64,000 bases of DNA from a virus. Positions within the stretch are counted from its first letter, which is position 1, and every line of letters starts with the position of its first letter. The DNA lies in the IMG/VR virus record IMGVR_UViG_3300029319_007985, positions 108,390-172,389 of that record; one strand, given 5' to 3'. Below are positions 57,021 to 64,000 of the stretch, piece after piece. The translations under genes and the position numbers were made by a program. The notes beneath the pieces are model-generated. The model did not search any database. It worked only from the letters and a program-made list of their open reading frames with translations, and was not told the DNA's origin.

Positions 57021-57897
57021 GGTCTTGTACTCCTCTATTGATGTGGGTAGGTTGTGTGAACTTAAAAAACTTGCTACTGCTGGCGTCCAACTCAGGCACG
57101 TTTAAATTTAGTTTCTGTTCGATCGAACCTTTGTATTCCACAAGTTCTTTGTCAAGATGTGACTTGTGTATGAATTCAAAACTTTCTTCTAGTATGTCAA
57201 GATCAAGATGACACGGTTCATCAATGATGGCCTGATCATAACAGCCTGCCCTTGCGCCTAGCATTGCATATCTGCCATACTCAACGTCTGCACCCACAGC
57301 CATCCAAGTCGTGAGTTTGGTGAGGTTACTGTGTGGAATCATATGAGAGAACTGTGTTGGGTCGACCCTTTTGCCTTGATCCATACTGAGTTTCACGCCT
57401 TCCCTGTATCCTGCTAGGAATGCCTGCTTGGCCGATGTGTTTATCACCGTGGTTGAATAACAATTGTGTAGATTAGCATGTGGCACGGTCCAGCAAAAAT
57501 CTTTTTTGCTCTGCTCATCCAAAGCATTTTCGTGAGTCTTCATTGCCAGGCATGTATCTTTATGCCAACCAACCAGGCCACCGTTGCCATAAACCAGTCC
57601 GTTAACACTGTTCTTGCCACGCCACCTATGCACGTGTTTTGGATCAGTGACGGACCAGTCCAAGATATTCAATAAAAAACTTTCATCTATGATGTTGTCA
57701 CCGTCGACACTTATGAAAAACTCTGTTTCGGCCTTGTGTGCCGCGGCCTTGTGTGCAGAATCAAAACCCTTAACTCCATGCACTCGCTTGGCCCATGGCA
57801 CTTTACTCAAAAGGTCTGCAAAATTTTCCTCACAGTTTGGCTCTTTGTAACTGATAAAAACAAAGTCAAGTTCAGAAATTTTTATTTTGTCTGCCAT
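57010..57897 (-). CDS. GT-A fold glycosyltransferase-like protein
   Basis: FISYKEP, AHKAAA, VDGDN and YGNGG; start reassigned to 57897. Confidence 0.65.
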   Translation of the reverse strand: MADKIKISELDFVFISYKEPNCEENFADLLSKVPWAKRVHGVKGFDSAHKAAAHKAETEFFISVDGDNIIDESFLLNILDWSVTDPKHVHRWRGKNSVNGLVYGNGGLVGWHKDTCLAMKTHENALDEQSKKDFCWTVPHANLHNCYSTTVINTSAKQAFLAGYREGVKLSMDQGKRVDPTQFSHMIPHSNLTKLTTWMAVGADVEYGRYAMLGARAGCYDQAIIDEPCHLDLDILEESFEFIHKSHLDKELVEYKGSIEQKLNLNVPELDASSSKFFKFTQPTHINRGVQDLEN

Positions 57898-58190
57898 TTG
57901 AATGCTTTGTCTCCTTCCGTTGTTGGCCAAAATGGATTATTCTCATAAAATTTTATGCCATCAGATGATTCTACAAGTTGTGCTTGACGTTGTTCTGGTG
58001 GCACATTTGGTTTACGGCATATGATTGCTCCGTTGGGTCCTTTTTGGCAAAAATAATTGCTTTCTCCAACTCTTTGTATTTCAAGTTTCTTAGGCAGATC
58101 AACTTGTAAACTTTGTCCTTCGATTTCAACAAAGTGTTTCTTCTCTGCCTTGTCCTTAAATTTTTCTAATGCTTCAAAAAATCCTGGCAT
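57882..58190 (-). CDS. Hypothetical protein
   Basis: Coupled ORF within the operon. Confidence 0.5.
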   Translation of the reverse strand: MPGFFEALEKFKDKAEKKHFVEIEGQSLQVDLPKKLEIQRVGESNYFCQKGPNGAIICRKPNVPPEQRQAQLVESSDGIKFYENNPFWPTTEGDKAFKWQTK

Positions 58191-58968
58191 CTAATTTCTC
58201 CATAGTGTCCTTTTCGTGATAGTGCCATATCCTGGACTGTCTGTGTCCTCCAAGATATAAGGCATCATCCTGCTTATAGGTTTGTAAAAAATCATTATTT
58301 TTGTATACCGGGGGCAGTCCATTGACATCATTTTTATTATGCACAAATTTAAACCAGTCATAGTCTACTTTCATAATTTGTAATGGATCTAACATTTTAT
58401 TGGCTAGTGCATACACAACATCAGTGGTTGGCTCCTCGTCAAAACAATTTTTTAGGCAATGATCTCTCACATAGTTCCAATTTGTTGTTATGTTCTTACA
58501 AACAAGGTAAAACTGCATGGACCAAATGCTTTTGCGAAAGTAATGTAAGCCTGAATAAACATTTGGCAGGTCATTCTGATCAAAAAGTTTTCTGTATTTT
58601 GTGTTTTTTACTACGTCGTCTTTGTAGTTTCTGCAGTCATAGGAGTGAACCATGTCCCATTGATGCAGGTAGTTCCACCACCAATCTGTTGAACTTGTGA
58701 AAATCATGTCTGCTTCTAATTTTATAGTGTGTGTGAATGGCGACAACTTAAATACTTGCCATTCTTTCTCGAATTTGCCTTTTGAATCTCCCTCAAATGG
58801 CACAGTTTTGTCGACATTTTTGAATTTGTCTATGCTTTGTTTGTCGGTGATAACACAGATCTGATTATGTCTGTTATGACTTTTGATACTTGACGCCAGT
58901 TTGTTACTAGCCTCAATGTAAGCATCTCCAAAAGCCAACCAAACATAACCTCTATCCGACATTAACAA
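58174..58968 (-). CDS. GT8-like glycosyltransferase
   Basis: LASSIK, SPFTHTIKLEAD and YSGLHYF. Confidence 0.65.
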   Translation of the reverse strand: MLMSDRGYVWLAFGDAYIEASNKLASSIKSHNRHNQICVITDKQSIDKFKNVDKTVPFEGDSKGKFEKEWQVFKLSPFTHTIKLEADMIFTSSTDWWWNYLHQWDMVHSYDCRNYKDDVVKNTKYRKLFDQNDLPNVYSGLHYFRKSIWSMQFYLVCKNITTNWNYVRDHCLKNCFDEEPTTDVVYALANKMLDPLQIMKVDYDWFKFVHNKNDVNGLPPVYKNNDFLQTYKQDDALYLGGHRQSRIWHYHEKDTMEKLDARIF

Positions 58969-59716
58969 ACTCCTTATCCATTACGTGTACATCAGTGTTA
59001 GATATGATGTTAATTTTTTTGTTGTATTGATATATGACCGAATCATCTGTGACATCAAGCACGTCAAATTCATGAGGCAACATGTTCATAGGAGTTGGAA
59101 TATACTGTACTGAAGATAAATGTCCATTCAACTGGTGTAGTGCGATTGCAAAAGCATAATCATTCCTGTAGTTCTTGAACTTTATACGGTATAGATTCCT
59201 AAAGTGCGAATAATTTTGTTGGACATGTTTGATCATGTCAAAAATAAGTTTAGCATTTTCACTTTTTTCAAATATGACCACCGTTGCCCACACAATTGGC
59301 AATATGCTTTCAAGTTTGCCTTGTATCCGATCAAGTCCTGTGATGTCATTGACTTTATTGTGTAACAAAAAGTCATAGTCAGTGTTCAAAAGTTCCAACA
59401 GGTTATCAGTGAAACACATATAGTCACAGTCAAGCAGTATAGTTTTTTCATATGGACTGTAATCAAAAGCATTGGCACGTTCCATGTTGTACCATGGAAT
59501 GTTTTTGCCTCTGTAATATCTGAAATTGTTTGTGTTCTTATTGACAATCTTGTAGTTGACATCTACAAAATTTAAATCTTTACGAGTGTCGGCGTCTGTA
59601 ACAACTGTCACAGGCAGTTTCAAATTTTTTTTGATAAGGTCTATAGACCTTTTTGCAAGTCTGCTGTATTTCGTTTGCTCAGTGTCGAAGCAATATATTA
59701 AAACACCTGCGTCCAC
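58952..59716 (-). CDS. GT8-like glycosyltransferase
   Basis: SPYEKTILLDCDY, WATVVIF and RNDYAFAIA. Confidence 0.7.
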   Translation of the reverse strand: MDAGVLIYCFDTEQTKYSRLAKRSIDLIKKNLKLPVTVVTDADTRKDLNFVDVNYKIVNKNTNNFRYYRGKNIPWYNMERANAFDYSPYEKTILLDCDYMCFTDNLLELLNTDYDFLLHNKVNDITGLDRIQGKLESILPIVWATVVIFEKSENAKLIFDMIKHVQQNYSHFRNLYRIKFKNYRNDYAFAIALHQLNGHLSSVQYIPTPMNMLPHEFDVLDVTDDSVIYQYNKKINIISNTDVHVMDKEFVNVG

Positions 59717-60030
59717 TACCTTCTCCTTTGTAAGGAGTCATGTAATTGGCTGAGTGTGTTTAAAGTTTCTTGATTTCTTTCTATCAATTTTTTTAGAAAG
59801 TCATCCGGGTCTTTGATCAAACAAGGATTATCATTAGTATCTAACAAATGAAACTCTTTAGCATGTGCTTTTAATGTGGACACAGTGTTTATTGTTTGCG
59901 TGTCCGCTCTAAAGAGACGTCCATTGTAGGCCATTATTTGTCTTGCTTTCATCTTTTCCAAACTATTTCTTTTGGTAAGATTAAGATCGTGTGCAAGATC
60001 AGAGTATTTTTTTAATTTGCCAATATCCAT
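59716..60030 (-). CDS. Hypothetical protein heading the modification operon
   Basis: YNGRLF...LLDTNDNP motif; promoter directly upstream. Confidence 0.6.
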   Translation of the reverse strand: MDIGKLKKYSDLAHDLNLTKRNSLEKMKARQIMAYNGRLFRADTQTINTVSTLKAHAKEFHLLDTNDNPCLIKDPDDFLKKLIERNQETLNTLSQLHDSLQRRR

Positions 60031-60036
60031 AACTCA

Positions 60037-60065
60037 ATTATAACAATAATTATGGAATTTTTCAA
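60037..60065 (-). promoter_or_regulatory. sigma70-type promoter TTGAAA-17-TATAAT (extended TG), minus strand
   Basis: ATG 60030 lies 6 nt downstream. Confidence 0.65.
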
Positions 60066-60083
60066 GTGTGAAAAAATTATTTC

Positions 60084-61067
60084 TTAGTCGTTGTTAACGA
60101 TTGCGTTGGATACAGCAGTTGTAGATATGTTAGTGTATACTGTGCTCAATCCTTGTGCTGTTGTAGGATCAACTGTGTGGAAAGCAACGTCAGTTGGGCC
60201 TGCCGCTTCTGCCTCTACGGCAACTCCACTTGTGTTGTTGTTAGTGTAGTCAGTTCTTGTTGAATCGTTTAGCAATATAGAAACTTTTAAAGTTACTTGG
60301 TCACCTTTGTTGCCTCTTGCATCAGCGTGTTCACCGTTGGCCTTTGCTTCAATTTTGATTAGAATGTCACCATCGTACGTACCACCTGACTCTGTTACTG
60401 TCATTAGTGTCTGATATGAAGTTGTTAGATCAAAGTAACCTAAGTTTTGATCTCCACCTAAGGTTTCGCCTGATCCAGATCTGGTGTTTGTGGTTGCTCT
60501 CAAATCAAAATTTCCTAAGGCCGAAATACAGTTTCCTACTGAGGTGTCCTTACCTGTGGAATTTGTTGCTCCATTAGTAATTTTTACTCTTATTGTGCCG
60601 CCAGCGTTGAAAAAGAATCTTGCTTCATCACCGCCTTGGAAGTTAAATCTCTGTTCAACTATGTGTGATGTATCAAAAACAGCAGAGGCCACAATTGATG
60701 CGTCCTCACTACCTTCTGAAACCGCTGTTGCACTAGTTGATCCACCCTTGACTTCATTTTCAAGAGATAAAAGATCTGCCGCCAAAGCACTCACAACTGC
60801 AATTGGATCACCTGCTGTTCTTGCCGCAGTTGATGATAATGAGTCGTTTGTGTGATTTGCCACGTTGTCCATGGCTGTGAATAATGAATTCCATTGTGCC
60901 GCTGTAACAGTGTCACCTGCTCCAACAGTTGCTAATTCGGTTTGACCTAGGCCTACGTTACCTGTCCCTGTGCCCTGTATAAAATTTATTCCAAATGGAG
61001 ATGAACTATTGTTTACAAAGTTATTATATTCGTCATCTAAAATTGTATCACCTGTAGTATATGCCAT
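60084..61067 (-). CDS. Virion structural (tail/baseplate-associated) protein
   Basis: MAYTTGDTI; Thr/Ser/Gly-rich; ARFFFNAGG motif. Confidence 0.65.
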   Translation of the reverse strand: MAYTTGDTILDDEYNNFVNNSSSPFGINFIQGTGTGNVGLGQTELATVGAGDTVTAAQWNSLFTAMDNVANHTNDSLSSTAARTAGDPIAVVSALAADLLSLENEVKGGSTSATAVSEGSEDASIVASAVFDTSHIVEQRFNFQGGDEARFFFNAGGTIRVKITNGATNSTGKDTSVGNCISALGNFDLRATTNTRSGSGETLGGDQNLGYFDLTTSYQTLMTVTESGGTYDGDILIKIEAKANGEHADARGNKGDQVTLKVSILLNDSTRTDYTNNNTSGVAVEAEAAGPTDVAFHTVDPTTAQGLSTVYTNISTTAVSNAIVNND

Positions 61068-61070
61068 TTT

Positions 61071-62663
61071 CTATTTAACTCCTATTACACATTCAGTAAG
61101 TTCCGTTATACTGGAGTATTTAGTCTTAATAAGTCTTCCAATCACAGAAAACGCTGTGCATTCGTCTAATTTGGCGACTTTTGCTTCACCGTTACCTGCT
61201 GACACAAGTCTTTCACCTGCATGTCCAGGTCCTTTTACCTTGACCCTTACACGTCCTTTTAGTGCAATCATTGGATGTGAATCGTTGTTACCAGCATCTT
61301 TATTCATTAAGAACGCAGGTGCTTCGGAAACTACTCCAAACACCCTGGTTGATTTTTCATCAACACACTTTGTAATCTCTTGACTACCACCCAACTCAAC
61401 AACATCACCAGCCTCCATAGGTTCGTCCGCGGCATATCTTTCTGCCAAGTCAGCGTATTGTGCCGCTGTTGACGTTGCGTGTACAACATTTGCTCTTAGG
61501 TCAACAAGTGTTGGAGCGGACATTTCATCCCCGCCTCCGGACTTGAACGCTGTAAAGGCTCCACCGGCGTTTCCAAAAGTTGTAGTACCGTCATCAGCAA
61601 AAGTTTCATCCCATACCCAATATAGGTCTTGCTCTGTGACTGTGGACGTTGCCCCTCTGTTTATTTTTAAACCTGAAAAGTTTGGCATTGCGGCCGCATT
61701 TGAAATATTTCTGTTTACTTCAATTATGTTATCTTCGACTGTTAATTTGGTTGTGTTGAAAATAGTTTGTGTGCCAGTTACTTCCAAGTCTTTTACTTTC
61801 AATGTGCTGTTGGCACCATCTAATCTCATGACTTCAGTGGTGGATCCACCATCGTTAACTGTAAAAATTATGTCTTTGTCCTGTGTTGTCTGTGCAATCG
61901 TGAAATCGTCACTAGATAGTTTCATGGTGATATCAGAACCTGAACCAATTGTTATACCATCATCATTTAAAACACCTAGAGTGCCTGAGGTTGTATCATT
62001 GGCATTGGATCGCAAATAGTTGGCCGCCGCCACTCCGCCTAGTGCATCTGAGTCTGTAGAAGTACCTTCAAGTTTATTACCTGATATGGCACTTGATAAT
62101 GTTATACCTTTTTTAATAGTTGCAAATCCAGATATAGAAGTGCCTGGCGTAAATTCTTCTGCACTTACAATTGCAACATTTGTATCGTTGGTTACAAATC
62201 TTAAAATGGATTTTTGAACGCCTACGTTGTCCTCAATTGCTTCAGATACTACTTGTGTTACTCCTGATCCTGAAACTGTTGTTGGACCAATCAGCGTCCA
62301 TGCTGTACCTGTGTAAATGTAAAGTTGTGTGTTTGCTGTGTCAAACCACATATCACCCAACACCGCATTGGTGGGTGCCGTAGCACTATTTGTGGTTGAT
62401 CCAACTGGCTTAAATTTATTTCCTGTGTATACGTTTATTTGATTGTTTAAGGAATCGTACCAAAGTTGTCCTTTTATCTTGTTTGCAGGCGCACTTGTGT
62501 TTGAAAAATTTTCAAGGAGTTTTACAAAGTTTTCGTTGAGACGTTCACCAAATCCAGCATAACCTTTTCCGATCAGTGTAAGATCTGTTGTGGCAGTGTC
62601 GATAGTGCCATCGGCCAAAGTTTTAAGGGTGGTCCCTGCTGTGTTGTTTATGGTGTACGCCAT
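61071..62663 (-). CDS. Tail fibre/baseplate wedge-like protein with C-terminal intramolecular chaperone (peptidase G2/IMC-like) domain
   Basis: GQLWYD and GDMWFD repeats; ADLAERY...GDVV...GVVS...IALKGRVRVKV. Confidence 0.75.
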   Translation of the reverse strand: MAYTINNTAGTTLKTLADGTIDTATTDLTLIGKGYAGFGERLNENFVKLLENFSNTSAPANKIKGQLWYDSLNNQINVYTGNKFKPVGSTTNSATAPTNAVLGDMWFDTANTQLYIYTGTAWTLIGPTTVSGSGVTQVVSEAIEDNVGVQKSILRFVTNDTNVAIVSAEEFTPGTSISGFATIKKGITLSSAISGNKLEGTSTDSDALGGVAAANYLRSNANDTTSGTLGVLNDDGITIGSGSDITMKLSSDDFTIAQTTQDKDIIFTVNDGGSTTEVMRLDGANSTLKVKDLEVTGTQTIFNTTKLTVEDNIIEVNRNISNAAAMPNFSGLKINRGATSTVTEQDLYWVWDETFADDGTTTFGNAGGAFTAFKSGGGDEMSAPTLVDLRANVVHATSTAAQYADLAERYAADEPMEAGDVVELGGSQEITKCVDEKSTRVFGVVSEAPAFLMNKDAGNNDSHPMIALKGRVRVKVKGPGHAGERLVSAGNGEAKVAKLDECTAFSVIGRLIKTKYSSITELTECVIGVK

Positions 62664-62670
62664 TTACTTC

Positions 62671-62847
62671 CTAGTTTGATCCGTTATCTCGGACATGTGT
62701 TAAAAATGACACGTCACCCAACAATTTAATCAATATGGTTGCTGTCTCAGGACTCAATATCGCGTCTATTTTTGCGATCTCCTCAGCAGTCAACACACTA
62801 GAATAGTTGTTGTTTATGTAGTCACTTACTTCTTGCTTTGTTGCCAT
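62671..62847 (-). CDS. 58-aa hypothetical protein, not in the ORF track
   Basis: Translated by hand (MATKQEVSDY...); AGGAG RBS. Confidence 0.6.
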   Translation of the reverse strand: MATKQEVSDYINNNYSSVLTAEEIAKIDAILSPETATILIKLLGDVSFLTHVRDNGSN

Positions 62848-62865
62848 GTTTACTCCTACTTGTAA

Positions 62866-63999
62866 TTATCTAATATCGGGATCATAAATTTCTAGCCATT
62901 TGCCAAATCTATGCTCCACAAAAGGTCTTACTACCAGACCTACCACAAAACAGAAGGACTCTCCTATCCATCTTGTGAATTTTCCTAATATATCTCCCTT
63001 GGATCGTTTGCCCATTTTGTAAGCAAGTTCATTTGCCCTTGCCTGAGCAAGTGCTCTTATCACTTTGATCACTAACTTACCAAATTTTGAATCTTTCTGT
63101 TCTGCCTTGTTCATGTATTCAACCAACGGACACGCCCAGAACCAATATCCGATTTTCAAAGTTCTGCCAAGATATCTCACACTAAATTCTGTATCGATTT
63201 TAAGATCATCCATTGTAAACATACCTTTGTTTTGTAGCCATGTACATATTACACGTCCACCTCCACCACCGCCTGACCCTGGCGTACCTGAAGATGAATT
63301 GCCTCCTGAGTCACCAAATCCAGCCGCTGTCGAACTAAACTCTAATCCTGAATTAAATATAGCCTTCCATGCACCGCCTATTTTGACATACCCCGCTGTT
63401 ATTTTTTTCCAAACTCCGCCCGCTTTAAAAAATATATCGCTGACGCTTTTCCATGTGCCCCCAACTTTTAAAAATGATTGTCCTGACACTGTGAAAGTTA
63501 TTATTGCTAGACCATTTCCGCCGGCCTGTCCTGATCCGCCACCGACTGCCACACCTGCTACGTATCCTGATTCACTAGTGCCGCCTGGCGCAGTGCCTGA
63601 TCCATTGTCCTCTGTTGATCCACTACCTATGCCGTAATTCGAACCTGAATTTCCTCCGGCTCCACCTGAATCTCCTGATCCACCGCTACCGCCTTTACCT
63701 CCTGAGTCTCCTCCGCCACCTGCACCACCACCTCCACCGTCTCCGGTGTGATTGGCTCCATTTTCTCCTAGTGTTGTTGGCGAGGCTGTTGTTGCTGAAT
63801 TTGTGTTTATACCTGAAGTACCTACTCCGTTTCTGCCGTCACCAGCACCTCCACCACCGCCTCCTGCGATGGCTAATTCTAATCCGTCCACTGTTATAAG
63901 TGTGGCACCACCTCCGCCACCACCTGAACCTGAACTGCCTCGAGGTCCCGACGTGCCGCCTGTGCCTCCAGAATATCCTGTTAAACTTTTGCCGTTGGC
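62866..63999 (-). CDS. Glycine-rich fibre-like virion protein, 5' end outside the window
   Basis: Frame stays open to the window edge; GGxGG repeats; three KxGGxWK repeats; C-terminal GGRVICTW domain. Confidence 0.7.
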   Translation of the reverse strand, partial: ANGKSLTGYSGGTGGTSGPRGSSGSGGGGGGATLITVDGLELAIAGGGGGGAGDGRNGVGTSGINTNSATTASPTTLGENGANHTGDGGGGGAGGGGDSGGKGGSGGSGDSGGAGGNSGSNYGIGSGSTEDNGSGTAPGGTSESGYVAGVAVGGGSGQAGGNGLAIITFTVSGQSFLKVGGTWKSVSDIFFKAGGVWKKITAGYVKIGGAWKAIFNSGLEFSSTAAGFGDSGGNSSSGTPGSGGGGGGRVICTWLQNKGMFTMDDLKIDTEFSVRYLGRTLKIGYWFWACPLVEYMNKAEQKDSKFGKLVIKVIRALAQARANELAYKMGKRSKGDILGKFTRWIGESFCFVVGLVVRPFVEHRFGKWLEIYDPDIR

Positions 64000-64000
64000 T

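Noticed and set aside
63240-63999. CCACC/CCGCC-rich low-complexity repeats
   Set aside because: Explained by poly-Gly codons of the minus-strand fibre gene
1-64000. Stop-codon reassignment, tRNA genes, CRISPR arrays, integrase or transposase
   Set aside because: Genes are full length in the standard code and intergenic gaps are short. None was recognised by eye; tRNAscan-SE and repeat finders were not run

Overview
This is a 64-kb segment of an AT-rich, gene-dense large dsDNA phage genome (jumbo/T4-like myovirus type), probably marine; an alphaproteobacterial/SAR11-like host is inferred, not shown. It uses the standard genetic code, and I saw no tRNA, rRNA or CRISPR. Layout: (1) 1-12 kb, late (TAAATA-led) genes for putative internal head proteins built from Lys/Cys-rich modules, some fused to enzymes. 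(2) 12-31 kb, family B DNA polymerase, a probable sliding clamp and a 7-deazaguanine DNA-modification locus (DpdA-like transglycosylase, DpdL-like T-fold protein, FolE, QueE, no QueC in the window), interleaved with a glycosyltransferase, GalE and a purine salvage trio (GuaC, PRTase, NCS2 permease). (3) 31-43 kb, 5'-3' exonuclease, B12 radical SAM, MoxR-like AAA+/vWA pair and hypotheticals. (4) 43-60 kb, a large modification island: PIG-L, epimerase, DegT, carbamoyltransferase, an MBD4-like glycosylase, SGNH proteins, five N-terminal-twitch radical SAM paralogs and four GT-like genes. (5) 60-64 kb, tail/fibre genes. The best candidates for new biology are a clamp-tethered and possibly glycosylated deazaguanine modification system with guanine recycling, a radical-SAM/glycan virion-decoration island, and a capsid-targeted polyprotein cargo system that includes an in-frame nested gene driven by an internal promoter. 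All functional calls come from motif recognition by eye, without database searches.
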